A stretch of 64,000 bases of DNA from Gemmatimonadota bacterium. GTDB lineage: Bacteria; Gemmatimonadota; Gemmatimonadetes; Gemmatimonadales; GWC2-71-9. Shown piece by piece: positions 36,395 to 45,573 of this stretch (positions are counted from its first letter, which is position 1; each line of letters opens with the position of its first letter). Position numbers and translations under genes: made by a program. Below the pieces are notes generated by a model. The model was given only the letters and a program-made list of their open reading frames with translations. It made no database searches and was not told the DNA's origin. Location: the NCBI GenBank assembly GCA_003223395.1, contig QHUZ01000036.1:627-64626 (forward strand). Direction: 5' to 3'.

Positions 36395-37999
36395 ATGAAG
36401 TATCCAGGATTCGTAGTCGTCGTTGTGCTTGGAGCCGTGGCGTGTCACGGCGACCGCAGCTACTCGGCAGGCCCGTCCTATCTGATCCAGGATGGCGGCC
36501 ACGCCGGTGGCAATGCGTTTTTCTTCTGGCTCCCGCCGGTCATGAACCAGCAGCAGGCAGCCGGGCAGGTGTTCTCCCGGCAGCTGACTCCGACCATCAC
36601 GATCAGTAATCTCTGCACCGGCGACGTCATCCGCAGGTTCGCGGGCTCCGACGTGCAAGTCGAGGACGGTCAATATCACGCCAACTGGCATACCCCCGAC
36701 GACAACCTCGACCCCGCGTGCACGTACCGCATCGCCATTCAGGCCGGTGCGCGACAGCTCGGGGTGGCCGATGTGGACGTCGCCGATAATGGCTCGGAAC
36801 TCAAGAACGTCGACACAGACGAGTTCATCTCGCTGCTCGACGACCGCACACTCCCGATCAAGTTCTTCATCGGAGTCGGCTCACAATGCGAGCGCTCCGA
36901 TTCGGATTGCGGCGAAGGCACCGCGCAGCCGGGGGCAACCACAACCATCGTCACGGAAAATGGCCAGGCCGGGGTCGTCATCCCGGCAGGCGCGGTGGAC
37001 CAACCGGTTACGATCATCATCGAGTCCGCGGACGATCGCCCCTGCATTGCAGGCTTGCTCGAGCCGGTGTACTCGGGAAGCATCGGGGCGATCGGCAATT
37101 CGTGCTACGATTTCCATACGGAGCCGCCGCTGGCCGAGATCAACGCAAGCGGGAAGTTCAACACCAACGTCACGGTCGGGATCTGCGCGGACGTCGGGAA
37201 TCTCGATCATGCGACGCGGGACTTGCTCCAGATTTTCCAGCTCCACGCCGGAACACAGCTCTTCGCGCTGAATAACGTGCCCGCTCCGTTCCTGCACTGC
37301 GATCCGGCGTATCAACTCCTCGGCTCGCGTCCCCCCCCCTCCCGGTTGGGGAACCTGCTGGCACGACTCGGCTCCCTCTTCATGCCGCGACCGCTCTTCG
37401 CCAAGACAACCGCCGCGTTTGATGTCGGCGCCGGCGGGAGTACGGACGTCTTCAGCCGCTTTACCTGGGCGCTGCCGAGCGAACTCAACCTGAATTTCGA
37501 TCAAGCGCCGGATCTGGGCGCGATCTTGCCCGGAGCTGTCGTCAACACGGTCTACGCCCGGCTCGGCGTCACGTTCAGCCGCAGCAATACGCTCGGCCTC
37601 TGCCCGGGTACCGCGGTCTATGCCAACGACTACGGCTTACTCGCACCCCAGTCCGGTCAAAACAACATCAGCGTCTGCCCCCTGGGGATCGCCTCGGACT
37701 TCAGTGAATACGGATACGGGACCATCACGGCGACATTCGTCAAACCGGCCGTCCGGGCGTGCATTTCGGCGACACCGACGGGATTTCACAACCTCTTCCC
37801 GGGTGGCGTGGCGTTCCTCGAGGCCCTCGACGCCAACGGCAATGTCATCGGCAGGACCGAATCGACGACCCAGCGAGCCCCTCAGCGGCTCTGCGTCCAG
37901 GGCGACGGCATCGCCGCGGTGCGGTTCGCGGGCGAGGGTGGGGCATTCGCCATCTTCGACGACCTCCAGTGGACGCGCGCGTTGCCGGCCATTCCGTAG
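36395..37999 (+). CDS. Cys-rich lipoprotein of unknown function (paralog 2, with ~150-aa C-terminal extension)
   Basis: Lipobox-like LGAVAC. Shares FFFWLPP, YHANW, CTYRI, KNVDTDEF..LLDDRTLPI.FFIGVG, SDCGEG, CYDF, VGIC and FDVGAGGSTD.FSRF.WALP with paralog 1. Confidence 0.7.
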   Translation: MKYPGFVVVVVLGAVACHGDRSYSAGPSYLIQDGGHAGGNAFFFWLPPVMNQQQAAGQVFSRQLTPTITISNLCTGDVIRRFAGSDVQVEDGQYHANWHTPDDNLDPACTYRIAIQAGARQLGVADVDVADNGSELKNVDTDEFISLLDDRTLPIKFFIGVGSQCERSDSDCGEGTAQPGATTTIVTENGQAGVVIPAGAVDQPVTIIIESADDRPCIAGLLEPVYSGSIGAIGNSCYDFHTEPPLAEINASGKFNTNVTVGICADVGNLDHATRDLLQIFQLHAGTQLFALNNVPAPFLHCDPAYQLLGSRPPPSRLGNLLARLGSLFMPRPLFAKTTAAFDVGAGGSTDVFSRFTWALPSELNLNFDQAPDLGAILPGAVVNTVYARLGVTFSRSNTLGLCPGTAVYANDYGLLAPQSGQNNISVCPLGIASDFSEYGYGTITATFVKPAVRACISATPTGFHNLFPGGVAFLEALDANGNVIGRTESTTQRAPQRLCVQGDGIAAVRFAGEGGAFAIFDDLQWTRALPAIP

Positions 38000-38017
38000 G
38001 CGACGCGTAACGACGAA

Positions 38018-38052
38018 GGGGCGGCTCCGCGCGGGCCGCCCTTCCTTTTTCT
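38018..38052 (+). terminator. intrinsic terminator
   Basis: gggcggc...gccgccc stem followed by ttcctttttct. The sequence is related to the terminator at 36241. Confidence 0.65.
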
Positions 38053-38078
38053 GGCTGCGGGCCTCCTATTCTGCCGCG

Positions 38079-38754
38079 ATGGCTCGCGAACTGATCGGAC
38101 GGGTGCGCCAGGCGCTGGGCGACCGCTACAACGTCATCACGGCGGTGGGCCGCGGATTACCTGCTCTGGTTCGTGATGCCCTTCGTCGCCGGAGAAACCC
38201 TGCGCCAGGTGATGCGGCGCGAGCGCACGCTCCCGATCGACCGCGCAGTGCGCGTCGCCACGGACGTGCTCGACGCGCTCGGCCACGCGCATGACCACGG
38301 CCTCGCGCACCGCGACATCAAACCCGACAATATCGTCCTCTCGGCGGACGGCGGCGGCGCCATTCTCGTGGACTTCGGAATTGCGCGCGCGATCGCCAGC
38401 TCGGGCGAAGACCGGGTGACGCGCAGCGGATTCGTCGTAGGCACCGAGGAATACATGAGCCCCGAGCAGGCGGGCGGCTCTCCCGATATCGACGGCCGGA
38501 CCGACATCTATTCCCTCGGCGTCGTGCTGTTCGAGGCGCTCGCCGGCCGGCCGCCGTTCGCCGCCGCGAGCGCCGCCGCGGTGCTCGACATGCAACAGCA
38601 CGCGCCGCCGCCCGATCTCCGGAAGCTGCGGCGTGACACGCCGCGGGCGCTCAGCGATACCGTGATGAAGTCACTTTCCAAAGCACGCGAAGCGCGCTGG
38701 CAAACCGCCGCCGATATGCGGCAAGCATTGCTCCCCTACGCCGCGGCGACGTGA
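38079..38754 (+). pseudogene. Ser/Thr kinase remnant with internal deletion of the N-lobe plus a frameshift
   Basis: ATG 38079 encodes MARELIGRVRQALGDRYNVITAVGRG (kinase N-terminus up to the Gly-loop). The reading then jumps to frame +1, YLLWFVMPFVAGETL...HRDIKPDN...DFGIA...SPEQ (track ORF 38173..38754). Confidence 0.6.
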
Positions 38755-39947
38755 TGCTCCGCACCGTGGTACTCCTGTCCCTGCTGAGCGCGCCGCTCGG
38801 CGCCCAAGCGCGACCCCGCGCCCGCGACCTCGGCGTCCCCTTCGACGGCACGCCCGGTCCTCTCAACGCAATCACCGACGTGGCGGGCGTGACGGTCGGG
38901 CACAGCACGATCATCACAGGCCAGGGCCCGCTCGTGGTAGGGCAGGGTCCCGTGCGCACCGGAGTCACGGCCATCTTTCCCCGCGGCGCGACGAACGGCG
39001 ATCCGGTGTTCGGCGGCTGGTTCACGCTGAACGGCAACGGCGAGATGACCGGCACCACCTGGCTCGAGGAGTCGGGGTTTCTCGCCGGCCCCGTGATGAT
39101 CACGAACACGCACAGTGTGGGAGTGGTGCGCGACGCCGTCATCGAATGGCTCGTGCGCAAGGGATTCGAGTTCGACTGGTCGCTGCCGATCGTGGCCGAG
39201 ACGTGGGATGGCGCGCTCAACGACATCAACGGCTTTCACGTGACGAAAGCGCACGCATTCGCGGCGCTGGACAGTGCACGGGGCGGGCCCGTCGCCGAAG
39301 GCAACGTCGGCGGCGGGACCGGCATGATCTGCAATCAGTTCAAGGGCGGGATCGGTACGGCCTCACGACGGCTCCCCGCCGACCGTGGCGGGTATACCGT
39401 CGGCGTGCTGGTCCAATGCAACTACGGCTCCCGCGCACGGCTCTCCATCGCCGGCGTTCCGGTTGGTCAGGAGATCTCCGATCTGCTCCCCTGCTATGAT
39501 TCGATTCCCGGTGTCGCACGAGGCGGAGGGGGAGGGGGACGACGCTGCGCGGACGGCGAGAAAGGCTCGATCATCATCGTTGTGGCTACCGATGCACCCT
39601 TACTGCCGCACCAACTCAAGCGGATCGCGAAACGCGCAGCGCTCGGCGTTGGCCGGCTCGGCGGGACGGGGGGCAATCCCTCCGGCGACATATTCGTCGC
39701 CTTCTCGACCGCCAATCCTGGCGCCGCGAAGCCCGATGCCAACATGACGGTCACGATGTTGCCGAACGAGCGCATCGACCCCCTGTTCGCCGCCACCATC
39801 CAGGCAACAGAGGAAGCGATCGTCAACGCCATGGTGGCCGCCGAGACGATGACGGGGGTCAACGGCCTGCGGGTGTACGCGCTCCCGCATGACCGGCTGC
39901 GTGCCGCGCTGCGCAAATACAACCGTCTGGTCGAGCCGCGACGGTGA
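38751..39947 (+). CDS. P1/S58 family peptidase (DmpA-like aminopeptidase)
   Basis: Signal peptide followed by ITDVAGVTVGHSTI, VRTGVTAIFP and NGNGEMTGT. Confidence 0.8.
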   Translation: MMLRTVVLLSLLSAPLGAQARPRARDLGVPFDGTPGPLNAITDVAGVTVGHSTIITGQGPLVVGQGPVRTGVTAIFPRGATNGDPVFGGWFTLNGNGEMTGTTWLEESGFLAGPVMITNTHSVGVVRDAVIEWLVRKGFEFDWSLPIVAETWDGALNDINGFHVTKAHAFAALDSARGGPVAEGNVGGGTGMICNQFKGGIGTASRRLPADRGGYTVGVLVQCNYGSRARLSIAGVPVGQEISDLLPCYDSIPGVARGGGGGGRRCADGEKGSIIIVVATDAPLLPHQLKRIAKRAALGVGRLGGTGGNPSGDIFVAFSTANPGAAKPDANMTVTMLPNERIDPLFAATIQATEEAIVNAMVAAETMTGVNGLRVYALPHDRLRAALRKYNRLVEPRR

Positions 39948-41761
39948 GGAGCCTATACCTCTTCCTGCTGTTGCTCGTTGCAGCGTGCCAGACGGAGGCG
40001 CATCGCCTTCTCGTCGTTGACCTGACACTCGCCGATCCGCTGACGCTCGAAACCACCGCCGCGCCCTGGCATGCGGCGGGCTACCGCGTGGAGTATCGCC
40101 GCTTCTATCCGCATCTCACCCGGGAGGATCTCACCCGCTATCGCACCGTGCTCGTCCTCGGTGGCCGCCAGCCTGAGAGTTTGTCCGACGCGCTCACGAT
40201 CGGCGATCTCGCGATTCTCAACGAGTGGGTGCGCCGTGACGGCGTCGTGGTGCTCGCGTACGCCGAAGACGCGGGAGCACTCGACCGCTGGATCATCAAC
40301 CAGTGGCTCGCGTCGCAGGGCGCCGGCATCGCCATCGGAGGGGGATCTGGACCTAGCCGGGCGCAGCTGCTCGACGCGACGCCACTGCCCCATTCGGCGC
40401 TGGACAACGCGGGCTTCGCCGCATTCCCCGCCGGTCGCAATTATCCCTTGCAGATCCGCGACAAGAACCAGACCCTGGCGCGCGGCGGCAGCTCGGCGGT
40501 CGTCGCGGCGAGCCGGGTGAACGATGGCCTGATCGTCGTGGCCAGCCGCAGCCTGTTGGCGTCGGCCGATGCCGACCCGGGGGGGCGCGCGCGCGACTTT
40601 CTCGTCGCGCTCGCCCGCTGGACCCGCCGCCCCGCCGAGTGGGCCGGCATCGGCGCCGCGACCCGTCCCGCCCTGCTGCAACTTGCCGGCGGGCCGGCGC
40701 AGGTCGCTGTCCACGCACCCCCGCGCGCCCCACCAGCGGGGGCCGCCGCGATCGTGCTGCCGCAACCGGTCTCCGCCGCCCGCGCGGATCCTGTCGTGGC
40801 CCCCGGTTGGATCAACCGGCAGGGTATGCGCGTGTTGTGGAGCCGCTTCACGCTCCCGGCACTCGATTCGTTGCTCGGATTCGTGGAAGTCGCCGCACTC
40901 AACGCGCTCGCGACGCGGATTCCCGAGCAGGCGATCCTCGATACCGCGAGTACGCGCACGCTCTGGAAGATCGCCGCCGACCGGTTGCAGGCGACGAGCA
41001 TCCGCTGGTTCCCCGCGGTCTCGTTGGCCGCGATCCCGTCGCAGGGTGCCGATGAAGTGGACCTGCATGGGAAGCTCACACCGGTCGCCTGTGGGCTCGA
41101 TTCGCTGTACTGGCGCGGCGCGCTGCGGCCTTCCTACCGCGTCATGAGCCGGCTCGGTGGCGCGCGGCCCGAAGTGATCGGCGGTGTCGCGCTCGATCTC
41201 GACAGCGCGATGACGTTGTACCGCGGCAGCGGCTTCTGTGACGCGGACTATAGCGTGGGATTGACGTCACTGGGTTTGGGCCGCGACGAAGTGGAACGGC
41301 TCGCCGCACTGCCACCGGTGGTTCGCTACGACACGTTGCTCGAGCGCGGCTTGCTGGGCGGTTACTACGAGGGGCTCGAAACCGCGGTCGCCGAGCGCGC
41401 CATCGTGTTGCGGAGCGAGCTGCGACGGCTGCATCCCGATGTGCGCTTCGCGTTCCACGCGAGCGATGCGCCAGCCGACTGGTTCACGCTCGGGTTGCTG
41501 CGCGGCTTCTCCAGTCCCGACGCGCCCGTGCTGCTGTGGCTCAAGGAGCGCCGCGGCGGAGGCCGCGCGCTGGTGCGACGCTATCGGGAGCGCGGCGTGT
41601 ACGCGCTCTCGGCGTTGGGATTGGAGCCGGACCGCGCGCTGTTCGCGCAGAGCGAATGGCCGCGGTTGCGATTCGCTGCATTCAGCGACCATGCGGGGTT
41701 TTGGCTCGATGGCGCGGCGACCGACAGTTTGGGTCGCGTGATCCGGCGCTTCACCAAGTAA
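39944..41761 (+). CDS. hypothetical lipoprotein (605 aa)
   Basis: Lipobox LLLVAAC. No domain recognised. GTGA overlap with the DmpA-like gene. Confidence 0.6.
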   Translation: MRSLYLFLLLLVAACQTEAHRLLVVDLTLADPLTLETTAAPWHAAGYRVEYRRFYPHLTREDLTRYRTVLVLGGRQPESLSDALTIGDLAILNEWVRRDGVVVLAYAEDAGALDRWIINQWLASQGAGIAIGGGSGPSRAQLLDATPLPHSALDNAGFAAFPAGRNYPLQIRDKNQTLARGGSSAVVAASRVNDGLIVVASRSLLASADADPGGRARDFLVALARWTRRPAEWAGIGAATRPALLQLAGGPAQVAVHAPPRAPPAGAAAIVLPQPVSAARADPVVAPGWINRQGMRVLWSRFTLPALDSLLGFVEVAALNALATRIPEQAILDTASTRTLWKIAADRLQATSIRWFPAVSLAAIPSQGADEVDLHGKLTPVACGLDSLYWRGALRPSYRVMSRLGGARPEVIGGVALDLDSAMTLYRGSGFCDADYSVGLTSLGLGRDEVERLAALPPVVRYDTLLERGLLGGYYEGLETAVAERAIVLRSELRRLHPDVRFAFHASDAPADWFTLGLLRGFSSPDAPVLLWLKERRGGGRALVRRYRERGVYALSALGLEPDRALFAQSEWPRLRFAAFSDHAGFWLDGAATDSLGRVIRRFTK

Positions 41762-41803
41762 GCCTTGCCCCTTGGCCCGGGAGGCCGGTAATTTCCTCCC
41801 TTG

Positions 41804-42175
41804 GAGGTGGTGGGGCCGATGGTCGCGGGTGGCTGGCTTGAGGGGCCATTCGAGGAAAGTCCGAGCTCCACAGGGCAGACCGCCAGGTAACGCCTGGGCG
41901 CCGCAAGGCGACGGAACAGGGCCACAGAGAACAGACCGCCCTTGTATCCAAAGGGTAAGGGTGAAACGGTGGGGTAAGAGCCCACCGCGTGCCTGGCAAC
42001 AGGCACGGCACGGCAACCCCCGGTCGGAGCAAGGCCAAATAAGCAGCGAGACCCGGCCCGGGTCGTTCGAGCTGCGGGTAGGCCGCACGAGATGGCTGGC
42101 GACAGCCATCCCAGAGAGATGACCATCTGCTCGTACCAACGAGTAAACAGAACTCGGCTTATGGTCTCACCACTT
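41804..42175 (+). ncRNA. rnpB: RNase P RNA, bacterial type A
   Basis: Universal blocks GAGGAAAGTCCGAGCTCCACAGGGCAG, GGTAAGGGTGAAACGGTGGGGTAAGAGCCCACC, AGCAAGGCCAAATA and ACAGAACTCGGCTTAT. P1 pairs 41806-41817 with 42163-42173. P2 is GATGGTC/GACCATC. Confidence 0.9.
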
Positions 42176-42183
42176 CCTCCTCT

Positions 42184-42402
42184 GTGACCACACAGCCGCC
42201 CGGCTCAGCGAAATCCGTTCCCTATCCTCCCCACTGGGAGAATGTCGCCGACCTCCGGGTCTTCCGGGCCACGGCCGGAGAGTGGGAGAAGCTCATCGGG
42301 TGGCGGACCGACATGCGGAAACGGGGATGGAAATTGCTCAAGGTCACGAGCGAAGAGACCGAGGTGGTCGCCATCTTCGGACGTACCAAGACCAAGGAAT
42401 AG
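42184..42402 (+). CDS. hypothetical small protein (72 aa)
   Basis: GTG start. Strong G/C third-position bias. Its stop lies 2 nt before the next gene's ATG. Confidence 0.45.
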   Translation: MTTQPPGSAKSVPYPPHWENVADLRVFRATAGEWEKLIGWRTDMRKRGWKLLKVTSEETEVVAIFGRTKTKE

Positions 42403-42404
42403 CG

Positions 42405-43301
42405 ATGCGTCGTGTGCTTCTCGTGGCGGCGGCATTCACCGCGCTCAGCTGCACGCCAAAGAATCCGGCGTCCGGTCCTACGCCCGCGAACCCGCCCGGT
42501 GCTCCCCCGGCCCCCCCGCCCCCCCCGCCGCCCCCGCCCCTTCCTGCGCCGCCGCCGGCCGCACAAAGATTGCGCGTGGGACCGAGTGTGCTGCACTACA
42601 TGGCGCATCAAACACTCCATGCAGAACAAGAGCTCCAAGGTCAGACGCAAGTCATCATTCGCGGAACGCGATTGTTTTTCGCGGCGACCATCGTCGGCCC
42701 CGCCGATAGCCTGGGGTACCGGCTGACGTTCACCATTGATTCGATTGCTCTCGATTCCGGCACGACCGTTCCGCCGACAGTCGACCTGTCGGCTGCGCGA
42801 GGCTTGGTCTACGATGGCAGGCTCACCCCCGCCGGGGTGTCGAGGCTCACGCTCGTGTCCGACTCTACGCGCGCGGCTCCGTTTGTGCAGCTCTTGGGCC
42901 TCCTGCAAACCTTCTACCCTCGTCTCCCAGCAGCAGGGCTGATCGCCGGTGCCGAGTGGACCGACACCACCACGAGCGATGATCGAGTCGTGATCGACGT
43001 AAAGCGGCAGTCGATCCATCGTTCTCGGGCGGCGACGTGGGAAGACCGAGCGGGAATTCGCGCGCTGCGACTCGAGGTGACCTCGACATACGGTGTCGCA
43101 GGTTCCGGCAGCCAATTGAATCAGCCCGTGGAGGTCACGGGATCGGGAACAGGAACGGCGCACTACTTTATCGGCGTCGACGGACGGTACCTGGGCGGCG
43201 AAGGGACGGATAGCTCGACGATCACGGTCAAATTCCCCTACCAATCTGCTGTTATCCCGGCGACTCGGATCCTCCGCTCAACGACCATCCTGTTGCCGTG
43301 A
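42405..43301 (+). CDS. lipoprotein with poly-proline linker, unknown function
   Basis: ATG 42405. MRRVLLVAAAFTALSC lipobox. GAPPAPPPPPPPPPLPAPPP linker, then a beta-rich body. Confidence 0.65.
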   Translation: MRRVLLVAAAFTALSCTPKNPASGPTPANPPGAPPAPPPPPPPPPLPAPPPAAQRLRVGPSVLHYMAHQTLHAEQELQGQTQVIIRGTRLFFAATIVGPADSLGYRLTFTIDSIALDSGTTVPPTVDLSAARGLVYDGRLTPAGVSRLTLVSDSTRAAPFVQLLGLLQTFYPRLPAAGLIAGAEWTDTTTSDDRVVIDVKRQSIHRSRAATWEDRAGIRALRLEVTSTYGVAGSGSQLNQPVEVTGSGTGTAHYFIGVDGRYLGGEGTDSSTITVKFPYQSAVIPATRILRSTTILLP

Positions 43302-44140
43302 CAGTCTCCCGGACTGCCGCGCTTGGGTGTTGGCTTGTGTTCACCGTCGGGCCGTTGGGCCGGCCGGCCGTCGCGCAGTCCGTCGCCCCCAACCTCGCGA
43401 CCGGCTACCTCTTTCCGACCGACGTCCGTGATGCGCGCGCCATCTGGGTGAATCCCGCCGGCCTCGGCCTGACGCGGGAAGCATCGGTATACGCGGAACT
43501 GGGCGTCGGCGATCCCGGCTCGCGTGGGAGGCTGCGGCAGATCAATGCCGGGTTCAATTCGCGTGGTCTGTCGCTGGGCTATCAGCGTGACTTCCTCGAC
43601 GACGGCGTGCGCGGCACGACACTTCGCCTGGGACTCGCGGGTGGAGCGCGGGGGCTCGCGGCGGGTTTCGCCATCGCGCGGTACGGCGGGAGCGGTGCGC
43701 ACGCGACCGGCTGGGATCTCGGTGTGACCTATGCGGCCCTGCCGCAGCTCACCGTCGGCCTCGTGGCGGCGAACCTGGGCCAGCCGATCGTGCGCGGTCT
43801 GCGGCAGCGCTCCAACTTCATTCCGGGCCTGACCTGGCACCCCGGTCCGGTTCCGGCCATCGCGTTCTCGACCGCCGCCCACATCTCGACCGATTCGGTT
43901 CTGTCGTACGCCTTTGGCCTCAGCTGGCGCACCACGGGCACGTCACGCTGGCCCATCGAGATCCTCGCCAGGATGGACACGGACAAGGGGCTGCGCCGCA
44001 GCGCGTTCGCGCTCGGCGTGTCGATCGGAGGAGAGAATCGCTTCGGCGCCGTCATTGCGTCGCCGGGCGATGTGTCGCGCATCGACGCCGCGAGCGTGTA
44101 CGGGCTCGTGACGCGGGAGCCCACCACCCGGCGCCGCTAG
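43298..44140 (+). CDS. putative outer-membrane beta-barrel-like protein
   Basis: Signal peptide ...AVAQS, WVNPAGLG motif and alternating beta-strand pattern. GTGA overlap with the upstream lipoprotein gene. Confidence 0.5.
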   Translation: MTVSRTAALGCWLVFTVGPLGRPAVAQSVAPNLATGYLFPTDVRDARAIWVNPAGLGLTREASVYAELGVGDPGSRGRLRQINAGFNSRGLSLGYQRDFLDDGVRGTTLRLGLAGGARGLAAGFAIARYGGSGAHATGWDLGVTYAALPQLTVGLVAANLGQPIVRGLRQRSNFIPGLTWHPGPVPAIAFSTAAHISTDSVLSYAFGLSWRTTGTSRWPIEILARMDTDKGLRRSAFALGVSIGGENRFGAVIASPGDVSRIDAASVYGLVTREPTTRRR

Positions 44141-45573
44141 GAGGACCGTCGTGTGCGCGTGCGCGCGCGCACGCGCGGACGACTCTTTGCCGCCGAATCT
44201 CCCGCCTCACGCTCGTTGAGCTGTCCACTCAGCAGGATCAGGTCCCGGAACGACAGATTGCGAAACACCGTGTCGCTGAGCGCTCGCGCGTAGGTTCCCC
44301 GGATCACCAGCCGAAATATGAGTCCCCCGCGCAGGTCGAAGCCCATCTGGGTGCGGACGCTGTCGCGCGAGTAGGAACGCACGCCGTGCGGCGTGAGGAC
44401 GACGGTGCGGTGGCGGGTGAGCAGCAACAGCGTCGTGTCTTCCTGGCCGGCGGGTTGATAGGCGTACAGCGCGACGTCACCCGGAGCCAACGCGCGGCGC
44501 GCGCGCATGGCACGCGTGAGGCTGTCGGGAACCGGGGGCCGGATCGCGACCTTGGGTGCCTTGCTGAACACCGTGTAGGCGACGACCGCGGCGCCGGCGA
44601 CGAACGCGATCGACAGCAGGCAGCCCGCCACGCCCAGGCCGAGCAGCGACTTGTAGAACATCGCCGTGAGGCGGCGCCGGAACGGGACCCGCACGCGATC
44701 GCGCGCCGCCGTCGGCAACGCGTTGACCAGCCCGCGGCTGACCTCGCTGGCCATCTGAAAGCGTTTCTTGCGATCCTTCTCGAGCATCCGCTCCAGCACC
44801 ACGGCCATCTCTTCCGAGACGTCGGGGCGCTCGCGGCGAATCGGGGCCGGCGGTTGCGTGAGCTGCTTGGCGAGAATCGACGCCGACGACGAACCGTCGA
44901 ACGGCGGTGACCCGGAGAGCATCTGGTAGAGGACGATGCCTAACGAGTAGATGTCCGACCGGCCGTCCAGCTGGTCGCCCGCGGCCTGCTCGGGACTCAT
45001 GTACTGCGGCGTCCCGATGATCATCCCTTCGCTGGTGAGCTGGGCGCTCCCCGGACTGGCCGCCTGTGCTGCCTGGGCGGCCTTCGCAATCCCGAAGTCG
45101 GTCACGAGCACGTGGCCGCTCTTGTCGAGCAGCACGTTGTCGGGCTTGATGTCGCGGTGCACGATGTCGTGGCTGTGGGCGTACGCGAGCGCGTCGGCGA
45201 CCTGGCGCGCGATACGCGCGGCATCGCCGATCGACAGCTTCTGATGGCGTTCCAGGAGGTCGCCCAGCGAGGGGCCGTCGATGCACCGCATGATGATGTA
45301 GAAGACTTCCTCCTGCCGGCCGACCTTGTAGATCGGTACGATATGCGGATGCTCGAGTCGTGCGACGGTCTGCGCTTCGCGCAGAAAGCGCTCGGCGACG
45401 GTCGGGGAGGGGGCGAGCTCGACGTCGAGGACCTTCACCGCGACGTCGCGATTCAAGGCGTTGTCGCGGGCGCGGAAGACGGCCGCAAAGCCCCCCTGAC
45501 CCAGGAGCGGGCCAACAGTAAATTCCTGTCCGAGCGCTTGTTGCAGGCGCTTCTGGAGGGCTGCGAGGTCCAT
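44137..45573 (-). CDS. Ser/Thr protein kinase with C-terminal TM helix and uncharacterised extracytoplasmic domain
   Basis: Motifs GQGGFAAVF, HRDIKPDN, DFGIA and SPEQ. TM helix around residue 300. Confidence 0.85.
   Translation of the reverse strand: MDLAALQKRLQQALGQEFTVGPLLGQGGFAAVFRARDNALNRDVAVKVLDVELAPSPTVAERFLREAQTVARLEHPHIVPIYKVGRQEEVFYIIMRCIDGPSLGDLLERHQKLSIGDAARIARQVADALAYAHSHDIVHRDIKPDNVLLDKSGHVLVTDFGIAKAAQAAQAASPGSAQLTSEGMIIGTPQYMSPEQAAGDQLDGRSDIYSLGIVLYQMLSGSPPFDGSSSASILAKQLTQPPAPIRRERPDVSEEMAVVLERMLEKDRKKRFQMASEVSRGLVNALPTAARDRVRVPFRRRLTAMFYKSLLGLGVAGCLLSIAFVAGAAVVAYTVFSKAPKVAIRPPVPDSLTRAMRARRALAPGDVALYAYQPAGQEDTTLLLLTRHRTVVLTPHGVRSYSRDSVRTQMGFDLRGGLIFRLVIRGTYARALSDTVFRNLSFRDLILLSGQLNEREAGDSAAKSRPRVRARTRTRRSS

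Noticed and set aside
41779-41800. GGGAGG-N10-CCTCCC hairpin as a terminator of the 605-aa lipoprotein gene
   Set aside because: The stem is only 6 bp with a 10-nt loop and no U-tract. It is kept only as a remark under the rnpB context.
41267-42139. Several ORFs (290, 181, 116, 95 aa) across 41267-42139
   Set aside because: The region carries all conserved blocks of bacterial RNase P RNA, so the ORFs are spurious.
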